Of a stretch of 64,000 nt of DNA, positions 20,715 through 29,404 are shown one piece after another. The stretch spans positions 32,001 to 96,000 of the forward strand of contig JAVLKG010000009.1 of assembly GCA_032128875.1 (NCBI GenBank), given 5' to 3'. Position numbers and translations under genes: made by a program. The notes under the pieces are model-generated. The model worked only from the letters and a program-made list of their open reading frames with translations, was not told where the DNA came from and ran no database searches. The first letter of the stretch is position 1. Every line of letters starts with the position of its first letter. The DNA comes from Candidatus Melainabacteria bacterium 17Bon1m (lineage in GTDB: Bacteria > Cyanobacteriota > Vampirovibrionia > Obscuribacterales > Obscuribacteraceae).

Positions 20715-20738
20715 TCTGTCTGTCTGTCTGTCTGTCTG
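20715..20738. repeat. Simple sequence repeat (TCTG)6
   Basis: Six perfect tetranucleotide units about 35 nt upstream of the NTPase start. Confidence 0.9.
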
Positions 20739-20966
20739 AATCCTGCGTCCCGTCGGTCCCAATTTCGACCTCTTCCGCTTGCAGGAGGGTGGGTAATCAA
20801 GAAGTCGTTTGTACAACAATAAGCAATTGAAAAGCCTTCGGCAAGCTAAATAAAACCAAGGTTTGGCGGTTCTCCCCACCCTTTCTTTCGTTTTATGAAA
20901 AGAAGGCAGATAAAAACGTTTTGCGCTAGCGGCAGCTCATAAGAGTTGTTGGTTTTTCCGCGCCAA

Positions 20967-21332
20967 CTATTCGACGCGGCGAAGCCTGTAAACCCAGTAA
21001 ATAAGCAGCGCTTGGAGGGGCAGGCGCAACCAGAGCATCGCTGTTGGCACTTTGCCGAAGTCGATGTGGTTGACCGCCATATTGATGTTGGCGGGGAAAA
21101 CGATGATGAGAAGAAATATGAGGAAATATGATGCGTAGCGACGGGTCTTTGGGAAAAACAGCAGCACGCCGCCTGCTATCTCCATGACGCCGGTTATATA
21201 AACCGCCCATTCAGGGTAGGGAATGAAGTCGGGAACGATGCGTGTGAATGTCGATGTGCTCGTGAAATGCAGCACGCCGATGATGCAGAAGAAGATGCCG
21301 CAGAGAATGAGAGAAATTCGCTGACGCGTCAC
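20967..21332 (-). CDS. DoxX-like membrane protein
   Basis: GVLHF...IVP...VYITGVMEIAGG...VFPANI...LWLRLPLQ; four TM segments. Confidence 0.85.
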   Translation of the reverse strand: MTRQRISLILCGIFFCIIGVLHFTSTSTFTRIVPDFIPYPEWAVYITGVMEIAGGVLLFFPKTRRYASYFLIFLLIIVFPANINMAVNHIDFGKVPTAMLWLRLPLQALLIYWVYRLRRVE

Positions 21333-21346
21333 GCTCGCCTCCGGGG

Positions 21347-22495
21347 CTATTCGGCGCTTTTCACTTGAGACTGGTCTTTCACGTCCGAGGTCTCGGGCGC
21401 CTGGTCTGCGAGTTTGAGCCTTGCAACTTTTTCCAGTCTTTCTCTGATGGCCGGCAGCGCCGCTGTAGCAGCGTTCTCTCCTTCCTCAATTGCGCGGCGT
21501 GCGTCTTTGGTTTTGGTGCTCAGAAGACTTATATTGTTGACCAAAGGTTGAATGAGTATGTCTGCAGCAACTCTCTGATCCTCATCGACCTTAGCCAAAA
21601 CCATATTGATTACTCGCTTGCCGACGCTGCCAATGCGGCGAAACTCTTTTTCGTTCACAGTTGTGAACTGCTCATCGACGTCTATGCCGATGACAATGTC
21701 GCCTCCCAATTCTTTTGCTTGCTTGACTGGAAGATTCGCTTGGAGACCGCCGTCTACAAGCAGCAGCCCGTTCATAGGAACCGGTCTGCGCAAAACCGGT
21801 ATCGCAGAAGAAGCCTGAATCGCCAGGCCAAGATTGCCTTTCGCAATGGAGTAAGGCTTTGCGTCGAGCAGATTAGAGGCAACTGCAACAAAGGGAATCG
21901 GCAGCGCTTCTATCTGCCGGTCTGTTTCCGGTACTGCGTTGTTCAGATAGTTGCGAAACTTATTTCCTTTGTAGAGCCCGTCGTAAGGGTTGAATCCGAA
22001 GATGCGCGGAATGAAACATACTGGTATGAGAACAATTCTCATGGGAATTGGGATAGTTTGGTACGCTTTCAAAAGTGAGCGATTGAGCATGCGATGCTCG
22101 ATTTGGTCGGGTTTTACGCCGGCAGCATAAAGACCGCCGACTATTGCGCCGATACTTGTTCCGACAACGCCGTCGATGGGAATGCCTTCGCGCTCAAGCA
22201 CTCGTAAAACGCCAATATGGGCGCATCCACGAGTTCCGCCACCCCCAAGAGCAAGGACGACTCGGGCGCGTTTCAAATCGGCTGGATGTTTGAGCACCGC
22301 CTGTAGTGGCGTATTCGAAGTGGGTTGAGCAAGCACCGGTGCTGGAATCGAAACTCCGACTGCCAGAGCCAGCAGCAGAACTGCTTGCCTTGTCCTTGCG
22401 AAGGTTTGTTTACACTTTGAAAAGCCGTTATTTGGCGGGGCGGGCTGCATAATCACGTTCCACACGAGCGCTTGACAGTATACCTGCAACTGCAC
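21347..22495 (-). CDS. Patatin-like phospholipase, probably exported
   Basis: GGGGTRG oxyanion loop, GTSIG nucleophile, DGG motif; signal-like VLLLALAVGVSIPAPVLA. Start uncertain (ATG 22450 possible). Confidence 0.9.
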   Translation of the reverse strand: MQLQVYCQALVWNVIMQPAPPNNGFSKCKQTFARTRQAVLLLALAVGVSIPAPVLAQPTSNTPLQAVLKHPADLKRARVVLALGGGGTRGCAHIGVLRVLEREGIPIDGVVGTSIGAIVGGLYAAGVKPDQIEHRMLNRSLLKAYQTIPIPMRIVLIPVCFIPRIFGFNPYDGLYKGNKFRNYLNNAVPETDRQIEALPIPFVAVASNLLDAKPYSIAKGNLGLAIQASSAIPVLRRPVPMNGLLLVDGGLQANLPVKQAKELGGDIVIGIDVDEQFTTVNEKEFRRIGSVGKRVINMVLAKVDEDQRVAADILIQPLVNNISLLSTKTKDARRAIEEGENAATAALPAIRERLEKVARLKLADQAPETSDVKDQSQVKSAE

Positions 22496-22678
22496 CTCCG
22501 TCTTTAGAACGATGCAGTTTGTTGCAGCTTAAGATATTATTCAGATCAAGGCCTGTCGCTGATCGAGAGGCATGCCGATGCCAAGGCTCGTCACGCGCAG
22601 GCGTGTCTTGAGAACTACGTGATATAACTGTGCGAATCAAGCTTTATTGTCAGATTAGACAACTAAGAGGAAATCATT

Positions 22679-23824
22679 TTGGGAATCTTTGAAAACCCGG
22701 TCGTCTCCAACAGTCTGGTCGTTGCCGCATGGGCGGTCTTCTGGCACGTCTGGCACGGAGTGGGCATCACGCTGGGCTACCACCGCCTTCTCACTCACAA
22801 GTCTCTCGTCGTCCCCAAATGGCTCGAATATTTCATTTGTTCTGGAGCCTATCTCGCGCTCATGGGCGCGCCGATTGTTTGGGTTGGCGTTCACCGTCAA
22901 CACCATCAAAAATCCGACACTCCGCTTGATCCGCATTCCCCGCGCCAAGGTGTCGCTCACGCACTCTACAAATGGATGTTCTACACCGACCGTGTGCAAT
23001 CCAACGAAGAGCTGCAGAAGCAAGCGCACGACTTGATGCAAGATAAGGTCTACAGAGTCCTCGGCTACGATCACGGCGCATATCATGCCAAGCTTAATTT
23101 GGCTATCTGCCTCGCTTTCCGTGGACTTTTGTGGTTGGTATTCGGTTGGCAGTGTGTTCTCGGCAGTTTGATCGGAACATTCACGATCTTCTGGAGCACT
23201 CAATTCGTTAACGCTTTCTGCCATCTCCCGAGCCTCGGTTATCGCACTTACAGAACTACTGAAGATTCGAGAAACGTCTGGTGGGTCGGCATTCTTGCTG
23301 TTGGAGAGGGCTGGCACAACAATCACCACGCAATTCCGAAGAGCGCTCGCCATGGACTTGAATGGTGGGAATTCGATTTTACATATGTGTGCATTTGGAC
23401 TCTCGAAAAATTAGGTCTTGCCACTAAGGTTCACATCCCAAGCAAAGAATTGCTCGAGAAGAAGAAAGAGAAGGCAACCGCAAAAGCGCAGTACAAAATG
23501 CCTGCTGCTGTCACTCACGCTGCCGAAGCCGCTCAAAAGGCTGCCGAAATCGCTCGTGAAGCAGTACACGAAGCTGCAGAAGCCGCATTCCTCGCTGCTG
23601 AAGCTGCAGGTAAGTCTGCTCGCGAAGCTGCTGATGCTGCAATGCAGGCTGCCAGAGAAGCTGCCGAGCATGCCAACAAGGCTTATCACGAAGCTGCACT
23701 GGCTGCTGGAAAAACGGCTAATGAAGCCGCTGAAGCCGCTAACAAAGCCGCACGCGAAGCTCTGGAAACCGCCGAGATCGCAATCGCTCAACTGGTGCCT
23801 GCGAAGGAAACAGTCCACAGCTAG
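22679..23824 (+). CDS. Delta-9-type acyl-lipid/acyl-CoA desaturase (DesC/Ole1-like) with Ala-rich repeat tail
   Basis: His boxes HRLLTH, HRQHH and HNNHH; GEGWHNNHHA..SARHGL.WWE.D motif; TTG start after GAGGA. Confidence 0.93.
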   Translation: MGIFENPVVSNSLVVAAWAVFWHVWHGVGITLGYHRLLTHKSLVVPKWLEYFICSGAYLALMGAPIVWVGVHRQHHQKSDTPLDPHSPRQGVAHALYKWMFYTDRVQSNEELQKQAHDLMQDKVYRVLGYDHGAYHAKLNLAICLAFRGLLWLVFGWQCVLGSLIGTFTIFWSTQFVNAFCHLPSLGYRTYRTTEDSRNVWWVGILAVGEGWHNNHHAIPKSARHGLEWWEFDFTYVCIWTLEKLGLATKVHIPSKELLEKKKEKATAKAQYKMPAAVTHAAEAAQKAAEIAREAVHEAAEAAFLAAEAAGKSAREAADAAMQAAREAAEHANKAYHEAALAAGKTANEAAEAANKAAREALETAEIAIAQLVPAKETVHS

Positions 23825-23830
23825 TAAATC

Positions 23831-23853
23831 GTGGGGGCGCATTGCATGCGCCC
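23831..23853 (+). repeat. REP-like family A copy
   Basis: GTGGGGGCGCATTGCATGCGCCC, identical to the 3760 copy, just after the desaturase stop. Confidence 0.85.
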
Positions 23854-23870
23854 TTCAAAATAGAATCGGA

Positions 23871-23897
23871 AGGGGCGCTACTTATGAAGCGCCCCTC
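23871..23897. terminator. Hairpin between the convergent desaturase and PIN toxin genes
   Basis: AGGGGCGCT/AGCGCCCCT stem. Confidence 0.5.
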
Positions 23898-23901
23898 TTC
23901 A

Positions 23902-24333
23902 TTACTTGTGTTGCTGGAGCGACCATGGATTGAGAACGTCAACGTTCAGAGTCGTAAATGGATTAGTATCACGCGTAGCGACCGTGAATCCATGAAGTTT
24001 CGCTATCGCCGCAATTTGTCCGTCGTATAGTGAAACTGTTTTTCCAGATGCTCTAGCTGCTGCAATGATCGGTGCGTGAATTCTGGCGGCATCTTGATCG
24101 AACGGTAATATTCTCGTACCGAATATCTTGTCGAGGAGCTGATTGATCCCATTGCTAATCTGATTCTTGCGCTTACCAGAGGGTAAAATTTCCACGCCCA
24201 GTAATAACTCTGACAAGCTTATTGCCGTCAGGTAGAGCGTTTCTGGCGCTTGTTCGTTTAGCCATGTGACGACCGTTTGATCGCGATTTGGTTTGATCGC
24301 CTCAGAGACAACATTGGTATCAAGAATTATCAT
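23902..24333 (-). CDS. vapC: PIN-domain toxin (VapC/FitB)
   Basis: MIILDTNVVSE, DGQIAAIA, VATRD and terminal NPW motifs. Confidence 0.93.
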   Translation of the reverse strand: MIILDTNVVSEAIKPNRDQTVVTWLNEQAPETLYLTAISLSELLLGVEILPSGKRKNQISNGINQLLDKIFGTRILPFDQDAARIHAPIIAAARASGKTVSLYDGQIAAIAKLHGFTVATRDTNPFTTLNVDVLNPWSLQQHK

Positions 24334-24566
24334 TCGAACTCAGCGATCCGCGTTGATTCTTGCTCTCTGGCAATTTGCAAATCAAGGGAAAACTTGTCTC
24401 CGAAAGCCGCTAGTTCTGAACCTACTTTCAGCCTGTCTTTTGGCTTGACCGCTTCTTCTAAAATGGTGCGAATTTCCGCTTCCGTGCTGCGGCCATTTTT
24501 GGCCGCTCTTACTCTCAAAGCCCTGTGCACTTCATCCGGCAAATTTCTGACGGTAACAACTGCCAT
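24330..24566 (-). CDS. Ribbon-helix-helix antitoxin (FitA/StbC-like)
   Basis: VTVRNLPDEVHRALRVRAAKNGRSTEAEIRTIL; ATGA overlap with the toxin. Confidence 0.92.
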   Translation of the reverse strand: MAVVTVRNLPDEVHRALRVRAAKNGRSTEAEIRTILEEAVKPKDRLKVGSELAAFGDKFSLDLQIAREQESTRIAEFE

Positions 24567-24604
24567 GACTGCAAATCCTCATTCTGCTGTCAATGATAGC
24601 ATTT

Positions 24605-24958
24605 CTATGGTTTGCTAGCAATGCTGGGAGGTCTTACTGCGACAGAGATTGCAACGCCAAGAGCGCTTCCGATTACCGCTCCGGTCAGACCCTGCTCAAA
24701 GAAGCTCTTTAGGAGTAATAATGCTGTAGCCAAGCTTATTTCAGTAGAAAGAATGGTTAGCGGTATTTCTTTCAGCAGACCTGGTTCTGATGCACCGGGT
24801 TCGACCGGCGTCTCGTATTCTATTCTGACTCGTCGGTTTGCGCTAAACGCGCCAAATCCCAGGCGTTGAGTATCAGGATCGACTACAAAAGAGTAAGTCG
24901 TAAAAGCCATGACACCAAGCAAGCAACCAACAATTGCACCAGTAACTAGCTGGTGCAA
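24605..24958 (-). CDS. Possible small membrane protein
   Basis: 3' part of track ORF 24605..25159 has 2-3 hydrophobic segments; TTG at 24958 avoids overlap with mmsA. Weak. Confidence 0.35.
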   Translation of the reverse strand: MHQLVTGAIVGCLLGVMAFTTYSFVVDPDTQRLGFGAFSANRRVRIEYETPVEPGASEPGLLKEIPLTILSTEISLATALLLLKSFFEQGLTGAVIGSALGVAISVAVRPPSIASKP

Positions 24959-24990
24959 ATTACAGCTTCGCTCGCTTTGGATTTCGCTTA

Positions 24991-26517
24991 TCAGCTCTTC
25001 GCCTTCCAGATTGGATCGTGGAATTTGGCGCTGCCTTTCGACGGTGCAACCCAGCGTGTCATGGTCATCTTCTGTTGGGTGTAGAAGTGCACGCTTTCCT
25101 TGCCTTGAATATGCAAGTCGCCGAAGAAAGAGTTGTTCCATCCGGTGAATGGGAACCACGCCATCGGTGCGGGGACGCCTACGTTGACGCCGATCATGCC
25201 GGCGTTGAAGCGGTGTTTGAATTCTCGCGCAGCGCGACCACTAGACGTGTAGATGACTGCGCCGTTTCCGTATTCGCAGTTTTCGCCGAGCTTGATTGCG
25301 TCTTCGATGGTGTCGACGCGAACACAGGAGAGCACTGGTCCAAAGATTTCTTCTTTGACGACAGTGTTGTCCGCTTTCAGTTTGTCGATGATGGTTGGTC
25401 CTAAGAAGTAGCCGTTAGGCGCATCTTTGACCTTCAGTTTGCGACCGTCCAAAACCGGGTCGCCGCCTTCCTTGACGCCCTTGTCGATGAGTGATGTGAC
25501 TTTCGCCAGGTGCTCTCTCGATACTACTGGTCCCATATCGATGCTGTCATCGACGTCTGTGCGGCCGACTTTCATTTTGCCTGCTGACTCAACCAATTGC
25601 GGAATTAGCATGTCACCTGCTTCTCCAACTGGTATCGCCAAGCTGCCAGCCATGCAGCGTTCGCCTGCGCAACCAAATGCAGATGCTTGCAGTGCTTGCA
25701 CTGTTTGGTCCATATCCGCGTCCGGCATGATGATGATGTGATTCTTTGCGCCACCAGCAGATTGCACGCGCTTGCCGTGCTTGGTGCCCATTTCGTAGAC
25801 GTACTTCGCGATGGTTGTAGAACCAACGAATGAGATCGCCTTGATTTGCGGGTGCGTGAGCAATGCATTGACGCAGTCTTTGCCACCATGCACGATGTTG
25901 AAAACACCGTCAGGCAGCCCTGCTTCCTTGAGGAATTCTGCAATCATCATGCTGGTCAGCGGTACTTTCTCAGATGGTTTGAGAACGAAAGAGTTGCCGC
26001 AGGTGATTGCCACTGGGTACATCCAGAGCGGCACCATTGCCGGGAAGTTGAATGGTGTGATGCCTGCGCAAACGCCGAGCGGATGGCGGACTGTTTCAAT
26101 ATCTACATTGCGCGCGATGTTTTCCATCGACTCGCCCATGATGAGTGAAGGCACTCCACATGCGAATTCGACAACTTCAATGCCGCGCATCACTGAGGCT
26201 CTTGCTTCGGCAATTGTCTTTCCGTGTTCGCGAACTACGGACTTAGCGATGTCCTCGTAGTGATTGTCGAGCAAGGCTTTGAATTTGAACATTACGCGGG
26301 CGCGCTCAACGACCGGAACTTCGCGCCATTCTAGAAAGGCTTTGTGCGCGGCTTGAACTGCGCGATCAACGTCATCGTTACCGCCCATCGGAACTTTGGC
26401 GATCACGTCGCCGGTCGACGGATTATTGACTTCGCCGAATTCGGTTGCCTTCGACTCCACCCAGGCTCCATTGATCAAGAGCTTGCAAGTCGTGACCTTG
26501 TCTTGCGTGACGACCAT
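24991..26517 (-). CDS. mmsA: CoA-acylating methylmalonate-semialdehyde dehydrogenase
   Basis: GITPFNFPAMVPLWM, KPSEKVP, GGAKNH, AFGCAGERCMA, EEIFGPVL and GVNVGVPAPMAWFPF; ATG at 26517 after GGAGG. Confidence 0.94.
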   Translation of the reverse strand: MVVTQDKVTTCKLLINGAWVESKATEFGEVNNPSTGDVIAKVPMGGNDDVDRAVQAAHKAFLEWREVPVVERARVMFKFKALLDNHYEDIAKSVVREHGKTIAEARASVMRGIEVVEFACGVPSLIMGESMENIARNVDIETVRHPLGVCAGITPFNFPAMVPLWMYPVAITCGNSFVLKPSEKVPLTSMMIAEFLKEAGLPDGVFNIVHGGKDCVNALLTHPQIKAISFVGSTTIAKYVYEMGTKHGKRVQSAGGAKNHIIIMPDADMDQTVQALQASAFGCAGERCMAGSLAIPVGEAGDMLIPQLVESAGKMKVGRTDVDDSIDMGPVVSREHLAKVTSLIDKGVKEGGDPVLDGRKLKVKDAPNGYFLGPTIIDKLKADNTVVKEEIFGPVLSCVRVDTIEDAIKLGENCEYGNGAVIYTSSGRAAREFKHRFNAGMIGVNVGVPAPMAWFPFTGWNNSFFGDLHIQGKESVHFYTQQKMTMTRWVAPSKGSAKFHDPIWKAKS

Positions 26518-26656
26518 CGCGAATCCTCCGCCGGAATGTCTATTAATGCGCATTAGAATAGCTTCTAAATATTCTAATGACAACTGCTGGGTACCATTTT
26601 CAGGCAAAGCAAAGAAATTTCTAAGGATTGCGCTTGTGGACGATCGGCGCTTGGTA

Positions 26657-27325
26657 TTACTCGTTGTCTCTATAGGCCGGCAGCGCCAAGCTGTTTTCTA
26701 GCTGCTTGCAGAGGTCTGTCACATCTCTGCCTTGAGCTAGCGCATTGTCCATTTCCTTCAACTGCACTATGTGATTGCTGATGTTTTTCTTTTGCGCATA
26801 ACAGCGTTTGAGCTCTTCCCAAATTCTTTCGCGACGTTTGAGCTGATTGCCATAAGGTGGTCGGTAGTTCTTCATTACGTTGTCGACTTGTGTTCTCAGA
26901 GCCGCTTCGCGTTGATCGCGTGCCGCAGTCACGCTAGCTGCGTTCCTTGCATCAGCGTCGGCGTTGTATTCTTTGACGTGTTTTTCAAGAATTTCTTGCA
27001 CTTCTTTGATAAACGCGTTGCAATCGTTCGAGTAAGTCGGATCATTTGAATCTCTGGCACCGGCTCTTCTTTCTAAAGCATCAAACTTCGCCCACAGTGC
27101 ATCGACATTGAAATTCTTGCTGGTCATTTGTTTTAGCTTGTCACAAACAGCTTGTCTTTGAGCCTGATATCGACCCGGCTGAACTTTGTATGCAAGAAGC
27201 TTTTCGTGATAGGCCTTCATTTGTGTTTCGTATGAAGCACATGAGCCAGAAGAAGCAAACAAAACGGTAGAGAAAACAACTGTTGAGCCCGCGAGCAAAT
27301 GTCCGACAAATCGCGTCTTTTTCAT
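26657..27325 (-). CDS. Hypothetical secreted helical protein
   Basis: MKKTR plus hydrophobic signal-like segment; AAGGA RBS; no family recognised. Confidence 0.7.
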   Translation of the reverse strand: MKKTRFVGHLLAGSTVVFSTVLFASSGSCASYETQMKAYHEKLLAYKVQPGRYQAQRQAVCDKLKQMTSKNFNVDALWAKFDALERRAGARDSNDPTYSNDCNAFIKEVQEILEKHVKEYNADADARNAASVTAARDQREAALRTQVDNVMKNYRPPYGNQLKRRERIWEELKRCYAQKKNISNHIVQLKEMDNALAQGRDVTDLCKQLENSLALPAYRDNE

Positions 27326-27462
27326 CGTGTCCTTTCTCCGGTTTTTTTGGTTGCAGCTATCTCATCGTCTTTGCGTTTTCTTTATTCCCGTTTCGCAGTT
27401 TTTGACGTCTGTTATACGTCATCTGTGGCTTACTAGAAGCGTAGAGCCACGAGGGCCACGTC

Positions 27463-27585
27463 ATGATTGAAACATACGCTATCGCTCTAGTGCTTTTAGG
27501 GTTGGCCTGGGCTGTCGGAACTACGCTCGACTATCTTCTCGAAAGAGCGAATAAAACCATTCAGGCACCACATACGGTGCGCTAA
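27463..27585 (+). CDS. Candidate 40-aa single-pass membrane peptide (below track cutoff)
   Basis: Manual translation MIETYAIALVLLGLAWAVGTTLDYLLERANKTIQAPHTVR; GAGGG 7 nt upstream. Confidence 0.45.
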   Translation: MIETYAIALVLLGLAWAVGTTLDYLLERANKTIQAPHTVR

Positions 27586-27640
27586 AGTCTGCGTCAGGAA
27601 TACGAACTACTAGAAGCTCCGTGTTCGCAGTCAAACTTCT

Positions 27641-28504
27641 TTAGTTGTGATCTCGATAACTGTCTGCATTCGAGCGCGCCCGATCCGCTGAGGCTTGCGC
27701 GCGGTCGGCCGCGTTTCTCGCCGATGCTGCAGCGTCATTTGCATTGAGAGCTCCACCGGAGGCGGCGGCAGTGGCGCTATTTGCTGCCCCTCTTGCCGCT
27801 TGTGCCGCGTAGTAAGCCTCGTCTGCCGCCGACATACGAGAGCTCTTATTGCCATAGCGCGTGCGCTCTTCGGCGCCTAGTGCTCGCATAGCTGCATCTT
27901 CGGCTGTTTGCCTGTATTGTGCAGCATTGTTGTACTTGCGCTGGTTGTTTTGCTGTTTTTGAAATTGAGCTTGTTGTGAATTTCCCGATGTGGAAGAACT
28001 CGATGAGTCTCCTTCCAAAAACATACGAAGCAAGTCTCGCTTTGTCATTGGTGGGCGGGGCGCGGCTTGTTGTCCGCCACCTAACAATCCGGCGAAAGGT
28101 GATTGTCGCACCGCCTGCTGTTGTGGATGCAATGGCGACTGACTGAACATGCTGTTATTGCGTGGAGGGTAGGAGAATCCATTACTACCCTGATAGTTAT
28201 TCTGGTATCCGCCGGGATACCCACCTTGCATACCAGGGTTATAAGCGCCTTGCATGCCGGGATTGAAGCCACCCTGCATTTGTTGTTGCTGCATTTGTCG
28301 TTGCACTTGCTCGCGATTGAGCATGTTTTGCTGCTGTTGAATGCCTTGCTGCATGCCGCGCGAGTCTTCGACTCGGTTTAGAAGCCGTTCCATCTGCTGT
28401 TCGCTGTCCTGGGCAATAGCGTATTGAGGCAGACCGGCAGCAACTGCGATTGCCGCAATGAGGAGGTATTGCAATTTCCTCGGTCGTGAAACGTTTGCTT
28501 TCAT
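27641..28504 (-). CDS. Hypothetical secreted Gln/Gly/Asn-rich protein
   Basis: ATG at 28504, signal peptide (YLLIAAIAVAAGLPQYAIA), Q/G/N/Y-rich middle and Ala-rich helical C-terminus. Confidence 0.72.
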   Translation of the reverse strand: MKANVSRPRKLQYLLIAAIAVAAGLPQYAIAQDSEQQMERLLNRVEDSRGMQQGIQQQQNMLNREQVQRQMQQQQMQGGFNPGMQGAYNPGMQGGYPGGYQNNYQGSNGFSYPPRNNSMFSQSPLHPQQQAVRQSPFAGLLGGGQQAAPRPPMTKRDLLRMFLEGDSSSSSTSGNSQQAQFQKQQNNQRKYNNAAQYRQTAEDAAMRALGAEERTRYGNKSSRMSAADEAYYAAQAARGAANSATAAASGGALNANDAAASARNAADRAQASADRARSNADSYRDHN

Positions 28505-28523
28505 ATATAGATCTTTCTGCGCG

Positions 28524-29192
28524 TCAGGCGCGCACTTGCAGTTGCCGCAATCGGCGCACTTCGTCGTCGAGAGTAACATCCGGCACTTCGCCGCCTTTGA
28601 GGCTGGTACCTACTTTGCGGCTCCAGATGCCCATGTGTTTCATGAGCCATCCGTCCAGCCGGTCTTTCATGAGGGTTTCTTTCAGGTGACGGATGCCTTC
28701 CATCACGCGCCCATCTTCAAAGCTGCGGATTGTTTCTGCACCATTGCCCAAGCGGCGTCCGTGCATGCAATGCAGGACATCGACGATGCTGCCGCACGGT
28801 ACTGGTCCCAGCACTGCTAAAACCAAGCCTGTGCTGTCTTCGTCGTGCGCGGACTCGTCCTGAATGAAGTCTACTTGTATCCAGGTTCGAGCATTGAAGC
28901 GAACTTTGAGTACAACCGGCTCGCAGATGAGCGAGTTGAAGGAGCCGCCGCCCATGTCGCGCATGCTGGCTGCGCGTGCGTACTTGAACGCATCTTGCGG
29001 TTTGGTCGAGAAGAAGCTGTAGGTATTGCGTCCGGGCTCTATGGCGCCTGATTTGTTAATTTCCCAGCGCCGGTAACAGTTTGTGCCGTGGTAAAGGAAG
29101 ATCTCGTTGTTGTCTTTGACGTAGTCAATGCCGACGGTATCAGCAGCAAACTCCGTTAAAGGAGGCGGGGGCTCGTAGTTGAAACTATTCAG
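28524..29192 (-). CDS. Putative ADP-ribosyltransferase-fold protein with probable CTG start
   Basis: The frame of track ORF 28524..28964 stays open 76 codons upstream to a CTG preceded by GAGGAAAGGAAA; the extension contains IFLYHGTN, FFSTKPQDAFKYAR and leads into PVVLKV. Confidence 0.62.
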   Translation of the reverse strand: MNSFNYEPPPPLTEFAADTVGIDYVKDNNEIFLYHGTNCYRRWEINKSGAIEPGRNTYSFFSTKPQDAFKYARAASMRDMGGGSFNSLICEPVVLKVRFNARTWIQVDFIQDESAHDEDSTGLVLAVLGPVPCGSIVDVLHCMHGRRLGNGAETIRSFEDGRVMEGIRHLKETLMKDRLDGWLMKHMGIWSRKVGTSLKGGEVPDVTLDDEVRRLRQLQVRA

Positions 29193-29404
29193 TTTCCTTT
29201 CCTCGGTGAGCTCGTAGCTACGGCGATCTGTTCAAATGAGCCTATGATGACCCTTGTGTCACTATTCCCGGAAAAGATCAGTTATTAACCCGCGCGAGCG
29301 GATCTTATAATGTTGCGGAAAGCTGCAAATTTAACCTGATGACTCGGAATTTCTGAAACTGGACTCGTAGCGGATGAGCATTTCTAAGGTCCGCTTCGGC
29401 CATT

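Noticed and set aside
22655-23353. 232-aa minus-strand ORF
   Set aside because: Antisense to the well-supported desaturase.
23902-24566. TA pair as marker of a mobile element
   Set aside because: No integrase, transposase, terminal repeats or target duplication seen around it.
24959-25159. Long overlap of ORF 24605..25159 with mmsA
   Set aside because: The overlapping part is an alternative frame of the conserved mmsA end; a later start is more plausible.
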